From the NCBI GenBank assembly GCA_016840165.1, contig JAEOSU010000041.1:1-56220 (forward strand): a stretch of DNA of 56,220 nt, read 5' to 3'. A program made the translations under genes and the position numbers. Every line of letters starts with the position of its first letter. The first letter of the stretch is position 1. This document shows positions 29,394-38,387 of the stretch, piece by piece. This DNA is from Promethearchaeota archaeon. Lineage in GTDB: Archaea > Asgardarchaeota > Lokiarchaeia > Sigyniarchaeales > SOKP01. Below the pieces are notes generated by a model, which was not told where the DNA came from, searched no databases, and worked only from the letters and a program-made list of their open reading frames with translations.

Positions 29394-30345
29394 TTTGTCT
29401 GTTCCAAATACTATGAAAATAGGGCCATTTGTTCCAAGTATACTTGCGAAGCGCCGTTATTTGATTTTTTATTTCTATATAGTGTGGGCAAGTATTATCC
29501 CTCTGATACTTGAATTTTGGGTATACTGGCGCTTACTATGGAATTTTGATAGACCGATTCACTTTTACACCTTTCTTCCATTATTATTTTTTGGATTATA
29601 TGTAAGTTTAGTTTTCTCAGCCATCTTTTTTGCCAAAATAGCGTTAGTTGTTGTAAACTGGATACATAGACCAAGAGAAGGGGTTTTCTTAAGGCATCCA
29701 GCCGATAAAGATTTTCGTTATTGGAGCTTAAGAAATACTATAAAGAGATGGCCTATTTGGGTTGCCCATAAATTTCCCTTTCCATTTTTAGATAATGTTT
29801 GCTTTAAAGTTTTTGGAACAAGAACAAAGCTTGGAAACTCACTCTTTGAGGGTTGGGTGGATACAGAATTCATTGAATTTGGAAAGGATGTCGTGGTTGG
29901 TCAAGGTGCTATAGTTCAATCTTCGGTAATCATCGGAAATCTTATTATCATTAAAAAAATCGTAATTGAAGATGAGGTAAGGATAGGTTCTCATGCAATC
30001 ATCTCCCCTGGCACTCATATTGGAAAAAGAGCAGTTGTCGCATCAAATACAGTAACCATCGTCGATCAAGAGCTAGAAGAAGGTTATATTTATATAGGAA
30101 TTCCTGCGAAAAAGTACAAGAAAAATTGGTTTTTCGAAGATGGACTGCAGGATAAGCTAGGTCAAGTAAAAGATATAGAAGAGTTGATTGAAAAGTATGA
30201 AAAGATCTATATAAGACGGTATGATAGCCAACCAGGGTACAAAGAGCGTAGAGAACGTAAAAAAGAAAAGAAGGAAGTGGAGAAACAGCGTTTTGATGCT
30301 GCAGAAAAGGAATGGGAAGAAGTAGACGATGGATTTAACATATAA
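29383..30345 (+). CDS. Two-TM + left-handed beta-helix protein, type C, cassette 3 (likely TTG start at 29395)
   Basis: SVP....GPF, KDFRYW, HKFPFPFLDN.C, NSLFEGWVDTEF. Confidence 0.85.
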   Translation: MRSNLSVPNTMKIGPFVPSILAKRRYLIFYFYIVWASIIPLILEFWVYWRLLWNFDRPIHFYTFLPLLFFGLYVSLVFSAIFFAKIALVVVNWIHRPREGVFLRHPADKDFRYWSLRNTIKRWPIWVAHKFPFPFLDNVCFKVFGTRTKLGNSLFEGWVDTEFIEFGKDVVVGQGAIVQSSVIIGNLIIIKKIVIEDEVRIGSHAIISPGTHIGKRAVVASNTVTIVDQELEEGYIYIGIPAKKYKKNWFFEDGLQDKLGQVKDIEELIEKYEKIYIRRYDSQPGYKERRERKKEKKEVEKQRFDAAEKEWEEVDDGFNI

Positions 30346-30977
30346 AATATTCTTCAATAGTGATTTATATTAGAATTTCCTAATAAAAATGAATTGAAAA
30401 TCCACTATGAAGTCTGTGGAATAGAACATTCATTCCTTAATTATCCTATAAACTATATTTTGATTCTAAATGAAATAATTTATTATGAAAATTTAAATAA
30501 ACAATTAACTTAATAAAATGATTGTAGAATTAAGTAATTGATTTGATGATAGCGAAAAAGAGTACTGGCGCAATTTTATTTTTTTAACCTTCTTGTTTTT
30601 TAATTTTTATTAAATCTATTCCTTGAGTGGCAATTTATCATTGCTGTTCACTCAACAATGATGCTAAAATGTAATTTTTAGATATACCTTCGAAAGAAAC
30701 TACAAAGTTCGAATATTTTTATCTCATAGGAGGAGAATTATAGACCAAAATAAGTTGATTAAACTACTAATATAGTATATTTAATGAGAATAAGTACTTG
30801 ATCTTCTTTATTGTCAAAAAAATAGACATTATTTGACATTATAAATAACATAAATTGATATTTAGATTGAGGTTCTAAACTTTATACAAAATTCGAATAT
30901 TGATATTTTTGTAAGTATTTATTCTATGATAAAAAAGAAAAAAAGAATATAAATGACTTAAGGAAAAGATTGGTAAA

Positions 30978-31685
30978 CTATTTGAGAATAAAATAAATTC
31001 TCCGATTATCTTTTCCTTTATTTACGGTTTTAATTATTTCAATTTGACCAATTTCATTAAGATGATTTATATGAGTCCCACCATCTACTTGTTCATCGAT
31101 ATCTCCTATTTTGACGATTCGATATTCTTTAATATTTTCCGGTAATCCCACTGCTAGTCGCGCAAGTTCGGGTTTATCCATAACTTCTTCTCTTGACATA
31201 TAATCAATTGTAATTGGTAAATCTCGTTTTATAATATCATTTGCTTCTACAACAAAATCACGTAATTTTTCAGGAGCGTAATCCTTCATTGAGAAATCTA
31301 TTCTTGTTTTTTCTAACTCGATTTGATTTCCTGTTATTTTGGCATTAGCCCTTCGATAAAGAATGTTGGATATCAAATGAGCCGCAGTATGATAGCGCAT
31401 AAAGGTATAGCGTCGTTCCCAATTAAGTTTGCAGTGGACTTTATCTCCTACCTTTAAGCCCGGTTTATCGACTTCATGGCTTATTTGTCCAGAAAATTTC
31501 CCAACATACACAACATTATAGGTATTTCCATTACTGGATATTATTCCTTCGTCAAATGGTTGTCCTCCACCTTTTGGATAAAAAGCAGTATTATCAAGGA
31601 TAATATATTTATCATCTTTTACATCCGTTACGTTTGCATCCCATTCTTTTAAATAGGAGTCATCCATGTATAAAGCTTTGGTCAT
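30978..31685 (-). CDS. alaX: Free-standing alanyl-tRNA editing protein AlaX-M
   Basis: LY..DSY, TAFYP.GGGQP.D.G, MRYHTAAH, DGGTH. Confidence 0.93.
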   Translation of the reverse strand: MTKALYMDDSYLKEWDANVTDVKDDKYIILDNTAFYPKGGGQPFDEGIISSNGNTYNVVYVGKFSGQISHEVDKPGLKVGDKVHCKLNWERRYTFMRYHTAAHLISNILYRRANAKITGNQIELEKTRIDFSMKDYAPEKLRDFVVEANDIIKRDLPITIDYMSREEVMDKPELARLAVGLPENIKEYRIVKIGDIDEQVDGGTHINHLNEIGQIEIIKTVNKGKDNRRIYFILK

Positions 31686-31740
31686 AAATCAAATAAAGAG
31701 GGGTGTCTTAAATTCTTAATCTTCAATAGTTTTCATTCTA

Positions 31741-31896
31741 TTATTTATGTTCATATAACTCACTATCGGGTTTAGAACCACAAAAAGCCTCAATCATAAA
31801 GAATTTCTTAATTTTACCGCAATTTTCGCAATAATATTCTCCCGGATCCTTCTTTTCAATTGAATAACCACATTCCTTACAAACTACTGTTTTCAT
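31741..31896 (-). CDS. 51-aa zinc-ribbon microprotein (not in the ORF track)
   Basis: Hand translation MKTVVCKECGYSIEKKDPGEYYCENCGKIKKFFMIEAFCGSKPDSELYEHK*; CxxC-x13-CxxC. Confidence 0.72.
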   Translation of the reverse strand: MKTVVCKECGYSIEKKDPGEYYCENCGKIKKFFMIEAFCGSKPDSELYEHK

Positions 31897-32113
31897 AAAC
31901 TAATATGATTGAATAAGGTTATAAAAGCTTCAGTCTTTAATTTAAAGCAAGAAATAACGAATTGCATAAATCTTATAATTGATTTATCAAATGTAGATTT
32001 AATTCAGAAATCAAGTCCAAAAGTTCCCCTTGCAGGGTTGTCAGCTTACATCTCCTTTTTTCATGGAAGCTTCATTCAGTAATTTTGAATTGATTTGATT
32101 CTATTTGCGTTTA

Positions 32114-32224
32114 TCATTTAAATCGAAAAGGGAAGAAGTAGCTAACTTTACTACATGTTTTACAATAATAATATCCTTCCCTATTTCCATCGATGATATT
32201 TCTGCAATTAATACATACAATCAT
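32114..32224 (-). CDS. 36-aa zinc-ribbon microprotein (not in the ORF track; alternative ATG at 32233)
   Basis: Hand translation MIVCINCRNIIDGNREGYYYCKTCSKVSYFFPFRFK*; same CxxC-x13-CxxC spacing as 31741-31896. Confidence 0.65.
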   Translation of the reverse strand: MIVCINCRNIIDGNREGYYYCKTCSKVSYFFPFRFK

Positions 32225-32400
32225 ATTATTCATTTAGATAAACTATGGACTCATATTAAAGTTTAAACTTATAGAAAATAATTGGCTAATTACGATTTAA
32301 AAATCAAATCATTGATTAAAATAAAGATAAATTATTTATGCTAAAGAATAAATATTATTCAGAGAGATTTTTTTTACAAAGGTTAATCCTTGTAAGTTAG

Positions 32401-33444
32401 GTGAATTTCTTGAAATTTGTGGAAGTACGTGGCGAGAAGTTCGAGATCAAAAATAACTTTTTAGATTTGGGCTTATTGGAGATAGAGGAGATATCTGATA
32501 TTGTAAATTTGGATAAGATAAATGTGAAACATCTTGAATTAAGTTCAAATGATATAACTGAGATAAAAGGGTTAGAGCAATGTAAAGGCTTAGAGATTTT
32601 AAATCTAAGTAATAATAGTATAAAAGAAATTTCAGGCTTAGACGAATTAAAGAATATAGAGATTTTACATTTAGCATCGAACCAAATAACTCAGATTGCT
32701 GGGTTGGACAACTTATCAAATTTGAAAGAAATTTACTTACGAGGGAACCAAATAGAAAAGCTGGAAGGATTTGAAAATCTAGGTGCTCTTAAGAAATTAG
32801 ATCTTTCATGGAACCTTATACAAAAGATTGAAGGATTAGATTCATTAGAAAATTTGGAAGTGTTATGGATAGCGGGAAATCAATTAAATAAGATAACCGG
32901 TCTTGACAATTTGAGAAACCTTATAGTATTAAATATCGCGGGAAACAATATTGCAGAAATTAATGGACTTGAACAATTAGAAAAACTTAAGGAGTTATAT
33001 CTCAATGATAATAAGATAAGTAAAATCGAAAATCTAAAAACTCTCACGAACCTCGAAACATTATGGATAACTTCAAATCAAGTTAAAGAAATTGAAGAAT
33101 TGGAAAATTTAGCAAAATTAAACGTATTAAATCTTAAAAATAATCAAATTGATGATATTAAAGGATTATATCGATTGATTAATCTTAAAAAATTATTCCT
33201 TTCTGAAAATAAGATTGAAATTATTAAAGGTCTTGAAACACTCCATGATTTAGAAACTTTAGATTTAAGTGAAAACAATATTTCAAAAATAACTGGATTG
33301 GAATCACTTCTGAACTTGAAGGATTTATGGCTTATTGGAAATAATTTCGATCAAGATCTTCTTGAAACACTTGGAGGATTAGACTCTAGTGGCTGTGCTT
33401 TAGATGCGTTGAAGTTTGTTCAATATTGTTTAGTTAATCTGTAA
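32401..33444 (+). CDS. Leucine-rich repeat protein (SDS22/internalin-type 22-aa repeats)
   Basis: About a dozen LxxLxLxxNxIxxIxGLxxL repeats. Confidence 0.93.
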   Translation: MNFLKFVEVRGEKFEIKNNFLDLGLLEIEEISDIVNLDKINVKHLELSSNDITEIKGLEQCKGLEILNLSNNSIKEISGLDELKNIEILHLASNQITQIAGLDNLSNLKEIYLRGNQIEKLEGFENLGALKKLDLSWNLIQKIEGLDSLENLEVLWIAGNQLNKITGLDNLRNLIVLNIAGNNIAEINGLEQLEKLKELYLNDNKISKIENLKTLTNLETLWITSNQVKEIEELENLAKLNVLNLKNNQIDDIKGLYRLINLKKLFLSENKIEIIKGLETLHDLETLDLSENNISKITGLESLLNLKDLWLIGNNFDQDLLETLGGLDSSGCALDALKFVQYCLVNL

Positions 33445-33511
33445 GGTATTATTTAAATGCAATAAAATTTTCTCTTACATGGTTTTTTATAATAATTATA
33501 GGTGAGTCTAA

Positions 33512-34771
33512 TTGCTACCGCGACCAAACCCATATGAGACTCGAAAAAAACAGCTCCAGATCGCAGCTGAGCTTCTTGATTTACATCCAAATACCATTGA
33601 ATATTTGAAGCGTGTGGAACGAGTTTTGATTGTAGCGATACCAATTATCATGGATGATGGAAGCCTTGAAGTATTTGAAGGATATCGAATCCATCACTCT
33701 ACTTTACGCGGTCCCGCTAGAGGGGGAGTTCGATATGCCCCAGATCTGAATATTGATGATGTTAAGGCGTTAGCATTCCTAATGACCTTTAGAAATGCAC
33801 TATTAGGACTTCCACTTGGAGGATCAAAGGGAGGAGTCCGGGTAGATGTCAAGAAGATCTCTAAAGAAGAGTTAGAAAAGCTTACAAGAAGATATACTGG
33901 AGAGATTATAAATATTATCGGTCCTGATATTGATATACTCTCTCCAGATTTGAATACAGACGAACAGACAATGGCTTGGATTATGGATGTATATTCAATG
34001 CAGAAAGGGCGGAGCGTACCAGGAGTAGTGACCGGGAAACCACTTGAAATTGGTGGAACGGTCGGGAGTAATGAGGCGAGTGGTACGGGATTATATTATA
34101 TTATTCAAGCATTATGTGAAAAATATCATTTTAATCTAAAATCCTTTTCCATAGCAATTCAAGGCTTTGGAAAGGTTGGAAGTGTAATTGCGAAGTTATT
34201 ATATGATTTTGGATGCAGAATACTGGCAATAACAGAATCGGTAGGTGGTCTTTATAGTAAAGAAGGATTAGATGTTGATAAACTTCTGAAATGGAAAAAA
34301 GACACCAATAGCCCATTAGAAGAATTCGCTGATCAAAATCTAAAAAAGATCACCAATGAAGAATTGTTTAAAATTAAATGTGATATCCTTATTCCCGCAG
34401 CTATTGAAAACCAAATAACAAGTAAAAATGTGAATGATGTTGATTGTAAAATCATCGTAGAAGGAGCGGATGGACCAGTTACTAGTAAGGCTGATAAAGT
34501 TTTAGAAGAAAGAGGAATAATAGTAGTACCAGATATCCTTGCAAACAGTGGAGCCGCTTGTGTTTCATATTTTGAATATATTCAAGATATTCATGCCTAT
34601 TTTTGGACACTTGAGAGAGTTTATAGAGAAATGAAGCGAATAATGCTGGAAGCCTTTGAAAAAGTATGGAATTTATCAAATGAAAAAAAAGTATCGCTAA
34701 GGAACGCAGCATATATGCTAGCAATTTCATCTGTGGCTAAAACACATGAATTAAGAGGTTTATTTCCTTAG
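33512..34771 (+). CDS. Glu/Leu/Phe/Val dehydrogenase family protein with an altered active site
   Basis: Overall GDH pattern (FEGYR..H, GGSKGG, VVTGKP, QGFGKVG, IPAAIEN, VPDILAN) with several substrate-site substitutions. Confidence 0.9.
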   Translation: MLPRPNPYETRKKQLQIAAELLDLHPNTIEYLKRVERVLIVAIPIIMDDGSLEVFEGYRIHHSTLRGPARGGVRYAPDLNIDDVKALAFLMTFRNALLGLPLGGSKGGVRVDVKKISKEELEKLTRRYTGEIINIIGPDIDILSPDLNTDEQTMAWIMDVYSMQKGRSVPGVVTGKPLEIGGTVGSNEASGTGLYYIIQALCEKYHFNLKSFSIAIQGFGKVGSVIAKLLYDFGCRILAITESVGGLYSKEGLDVDKLLKWKKDTNSPLEEFADQNLKKITNEELFKIKCDILIPAAIENQITSKNVNDVDCKIIVEGADGPVTSKADKVLEERGIIVVPDILANSGAACVSYFEYIQDIHAYFWTLERVYREMKRIMLEAFEKVWNLSNEKKVSLRNAAYMLAISSVAKTHELRGLFP

Positions 34772-34783
34772 ATAGTTAATTTT

Positions 34784-35557
34784 CTAATCTAATAGCTCTG
34801 CAAGGAAGTTTTTAACCTCAAGATAACTTTTCGAATCTATAGGCAAATCGATTATTGGTTTTCCTTGTAAGTCAAATTCAATTATTTTTTCATCTTCAGG
34901 AATGAGCCCTAATAATTCAAAATTTAAAGATTTAATTTTGTCTACAATACTCGAAATATTACCCCTTACTTTATTAATGATAATACCCAATTGCTTGTAT
35001 TTAGTAAACTTATCGGCACTTGATCTAATTGACTCAGCAGTGTCTATTCCTCTTATAGAAATATCAGTCACAATTATAATTATATCAACAGATTGGATAA
35101 CTAATCGGTTAACTATTTCAAGACCAGCCTCGCAATCAATCAGAATTATATCAAAATCTTTAGAGATTGATTCGATCACTCTTCTCAGGATAGCATTCGA
35201 GGGACAGAAACATCCAGGGCCTTCAGGCTGACCGATTGAAAAAAGACTAAATTGCTTACTCTCAACAATTGCATTATACACATTGAAATCAACATTTTCC
35301 GCGATAGATTCAGTTGAACGTTCCTTGCTAAGAATAGAATTGATTAAATCAGCTCGTACTTTTTCTATACTTTTTTTTGGATTTAACTTTACCATTTTAC
35401 TGAGATGTGGATGTGTTGGATCGGCGTCAATGAGGAGAAGCTTAAGATTATAATCTAAAGATATAGTTTTGGCCATAAGAGTGGTAATAATCGATTTCCC
35501 AACTCCGCCCTTACCTAAGATTGCAATAACTAATGGATGTTCGATAGTATGTATCAT
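34784..35557 (-). CDS. cooC: CooC/AcsF-type nickel insertion ATPase
   Basis: GKGGVGKS, IDADP, GPGCFC (CxC Ni motif), DCEAGLE. Confidence 0.88.
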   Translation of the reverse strand: MIHTIEHPLVIAILGKGGVGKSIITTLMAKTISLDYNLKLLLIDADPTHPHLSKMVKLNPKKSIEKVRADLINSILSKERSTESIAENVDFNVYNAIVESKQFSLFSIGQPEGPGCFCPSNAILRRVIESISKDFDIILIDCEAGLEIVNRLVIQSVDIIIIVTDISIRGIDTAESIRSSADKFTKYKQLGIIINKVRGNISSIVDKIKSLNFELLGLIPEDEKIIEFDLQGKPIIDLPIDSKSYLEVKNFLAELLD

Positions 35558-36328
35558 TCATATTTCCTCTTTTCTATTTCGAGCCACCATGACCTTTTTA
35601 ATTTCATAACATTCTACTTGATACGGACATATTTCACAGCCCCATTCATAATCGCAATCAATCCTTTTTTTCCAATCATCTAATTTTTTTAACCAGTTCT
35701 CCTTTAACTTGAGAGTGAGCTCAGAGGAGACTATTAGGAAATTCTCGATGATATCTGGATAAGAATTAATCAAGATTATTTCCATAGCCTCTAATATATC
35801 AGTAAACTTTGTCCTATAAAGATATAAGATTGCATTTGCGAGGAGCTGGAAACTAAATCCCTTTTTAAGTACCTTTGTACTTATTCTGCTCCAGAATCTA
35901 CGAGGAACAGAGCGAATTGAGAAACCTTCGATACTACTTGATATAAAGGTAAATGAATTTAACTGCTTTAATTCTTGACTTGATTGATCTTTAAGACTAA
36001 TTAACAACAAGAGTCCAAAATCAATAGATTTTTGCTTAATGAATTTGATTTCTGGACCAATAAGAGTGATATTGCCATCTCGAAGTAAATTTTTTTCCTT
36101 CATTGGATAAATCAACAGAAATGACTCCTTATTCATCCCTCCAAGTTCAAGTCCCGTCTCTTCTTGAAGTATTACTTCCTTATATGTATCCAATTCCACT
36201 CCAATCTTATTTTTTTGAAAGTATTGGGTTGCATCTTCACATTCATGATATAAATTAACTTCGATATTAGCATTCTTTTGGTTAATGATAAAGGTTCTTA
36301 ATTTATCGATTGTGCTTTCATTCGACAT
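35558..36328 (-). CDS. Short CdhC/acetyl-CoA synthase beta-related protein with Cys-rich C-terminus
   Basis: ELGG....SF, DG.ITLIGP, IEGF..R......W.RIS.....KGFSF and terminal CDYEWGCEICPYQVEC; abuts cooC. Confidence 0.7.
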   Translation of the reverse strand: MSNESTIDKLRTFIINQKNANIEVNLYHECEDATQYFQKNKIGVELDTYKEVILQEETGLELGGMNKESFLLIYPMKEKNLLRDGNITLIGPEIKFIKQKSIDFGLLLLISLKDQSSQELKQLNSFTFISSSIEGFSIRSVPRRFWSRISTKVLKKGFSFQLLANAILYLYRTKFTDILEAMEIILINSYPDIIENFLIVSSELTLKLKENWLKKLDDWKKRIDCDYEWGCEICPYQVECYEIKKVMVARNRKEEI

Positions 36329-36478
36329 TTGTATTTTTTATGAATTGCTCTTTTATCTGAGCATATAGTTTGTGCTATATCCTCTAATTATACAATATTC
36401 TATAAACAATTAATTATTTATTGAGTAAAGTCAAGATAAATTTTATATTAATACTAATTAATTAAAAATAAAAATATC

Positions 36479-36901
36479 ATGATATCGATACAAAAAGGCG
36501 AAGATCTTTTATCCATCACGCTTAATAATATATTAAGCTTCAGAAAGGATGAGGAAGAGTTTATTAATCTTGTAAATGGCTGGAACAAAAATATCATAAT
36601 TGAGATTATACATTTTTACCCTATTGAGGTGATATTTATGGGGATTCAGATAACTTTTAAAACTAATAATTTTGATAAAAAAATTCATTTAAAAGTAAAG
36701 TTAGACTTGCAAACTTTTTTAGATATCGCATATGGAAGAATTAATCCTATTTCCGCAGTATTGAAAGGGAAATTAAAGATTAAGGGATTATTGAAAATAA
36801 GAACCTTGCTCAAGTTTATGAAAATCTTTTTAAAAAGCATGAAAATGGTGGCAGCGAACCCAAATCTGAATTATTATGAGCAAAACAAAAAAATAAGGTG
36901 A
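36479..36901 (+). CDS. SCP2 sterol/lipid-binding domain protein
   Basis: TFLDIAYGRINPISAVLKGKLKIKG SCP2 C-terminal signature. Confidence 0.8.
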   Translation: MISIQKGEDLLSITLNNILSFRKDEEEFINLVNGWNKNIIIEIIHFYPIEVIFMGIQITFKTNNFDKKIHLKVKLDLQTFLDIAYGRINPISAVLKGKLKIKGLLKIRTLLKFMKIFLKSMKMVAANPNLNYYEQNKKIR

Positions 36902-36911
36902 GATTATTAAA

Positions 36912-38387
36912 ATGACTGAGACAAAAAAAAGAAAGATTTATGATAGAGTAAGTAAAGAAGAAGTAGAGGAAAAACTAATTGAGATCTTCGGATCAGAAAG
37001 TGTGACAAGTAAATCAGTTGATTTGTATCCCTACTCTTATGATATGACTGAATGTGAAGCCCATATGCCTGATTTTATTGTTATTCCAGAAAATAATGAT
37101 CACCTCGTCAAATTAGTTAAGTATTGTAATACTAATGCTATTCCCATTGTTCCTTATATATCTGGGAATAATGTCGGAGGTCTAACTATACCGGAAAAAG
37201 GGGGTATCGTTGTTGATTTTGGAAAAAAGATGAATAAGATACTGCATATCGATGAAAATATGATGTATGCTTTAGTTGAACCGGGAGTTACCTTCGGCCA
37301 ACTACATAAATATTTGGAAGCAAATTATCCGCAATTAAGATATAGCTATCCTTTCGCACCGCCGTATGCAGGAGTTGTAGGCAATGCTATCTTAAGTGGA
37401 ATGAATAATTTATCATGTAAAATTGGATCCATGGGCGATTCGATTAATGGCTTAGAAGTAATTACTGCAGACGGCTCTATTACGCGAATTGGAAGCTGCT
37501 TTTACGGCAAGGACCAAGCAGATGACGATAGTTGGTGGTGCCGATATCCTATGCCTGATCTCATGGGACTTTTTATTAACTGGCAAGGAATGACGGGCTT
37601 AGTAACTAAATGTGCTGTGCAACTATGGCCAAACCCACCAATCAAAAAAACTTATTTAGCCATTGTGTTTGGATTAGAAGCCATTGCTCCTGTAATGAGG
37701 GAAGTAGGAAAGACAGAAATTGTAGATGATATTTCTGCGGTAAGTATAGAAGTGGTAAAAATGGCAGTTGAAATACCTGAACCTGAAAAAATAGAAGGGG
37801 AACCTGATTTTGCGGCATTATTCCCAATGTCCGCTAGCACTGAGAATCAAATGAAAGCTAAAAAGGAGATTTTAGATTTAACTATTAAGAAATTACAGGA
37901 TCAAGGAATTAAAGTTATTTTAGTTGATGTAGATGAATTTACCAAATTATTTAATTTAAGAGTTCGTTGTTATCTCGACTTACCCTCAGTAGTGCTTACA
38001 TTGGTAGAATATTCAGGATTAACATGGTTTGGCTCTTATGCGCCCACTCATAAACTCGAGGAATTAATATCTAAGGTTTATCCTATATTTATAAAATACA
38101 AAGTTCCACCTTTCATTTATATGAAAATCATGAAAAATTCGCATTATGGGATTTTCCGTCCTATTATTCGATATAAAAAGTTCGAAGACGAGGAAAAGAT
38201 TCATCAACTCTTAAATGAAATCACGGAACTTTGCATCAATAAAGGATGTATTCCATATAAAACTCCAACCTGGATGACTGAAAAAATGCGTAAATTGATT
38301 AACCCTGGTTGGCTCCAACTTTTCGATAAGATCAAAAAATGTATGGATCCAAATAATATATTTAATCCTGGCAGGTGGAATACGTAA
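36912..38387 (+). CDS. FAD-binding oxidoreductase (GlcD/D-lactate dehydrogenase, VAO/PCMH family)
   Basis: PD..V.P, GGIVVD..KMNKI, VEPGVT, GLEV...DG, G.VTK, K...DPNNIFNPG. Confidence 0.88.
   Translation: MTETKKRKIYDRVSKEEVEEKLIEIFGSESVTSKSVDLYPYSYDMTECEAHMPDFIVIPENNDHLVKLVKYCNTNAIPIVPYISGNNVGGLTIPEKGGIVVDFGKKMNKILHIDENMMYALVEPGVTFGQLHKYLEANYPQLRYSYPFAPPYAGVVGNAILSGMNNLSCKIGSMGDSINGLEVITADGSITRIGSCFYGKDQADDDSWWCRYPMPDLMGLFINWQGMTGLVTKCAVQLWPNPPIKKTYLAIVFGLEAIAPVMREVGKTEIVDDISAVSIEVVKMAVEIPEPEKIEGEPDFAALFPMSASTENQMKAKKEILDLTIKKLQDQGIKVILVDVDEFTKLFNLRVRCYLDLPSVVLTLVEYSGLTWFGSYAPTHKLEELISKVYPIFIKYKVPPFIYMKIMKNSHYGIFRPIIRYKKFEDEEKIHQLLNEITELCINKGCIPYKTPTWMTEKMRKLINPGWLQLFDKIKKCMDPNNIFNPGRWNT

Noticed and set aside
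30360-30520. Protein-like open stretch (LEFPNKNELKIHYEVCGIEHSFLNYP...) after cassette 3
   Set aside because: No convincing start context or recognisable homology; cannot be supported as a gene or pseudogene.
31999-32064. Minus-strand mini-ORF MKKGDVS-TGA-QPCKGNFWT with an apparent UxxC motif
   Set aside because: Very short, no convincing AUGA/GA SECIS downstream and no recognisable family; likely chance.
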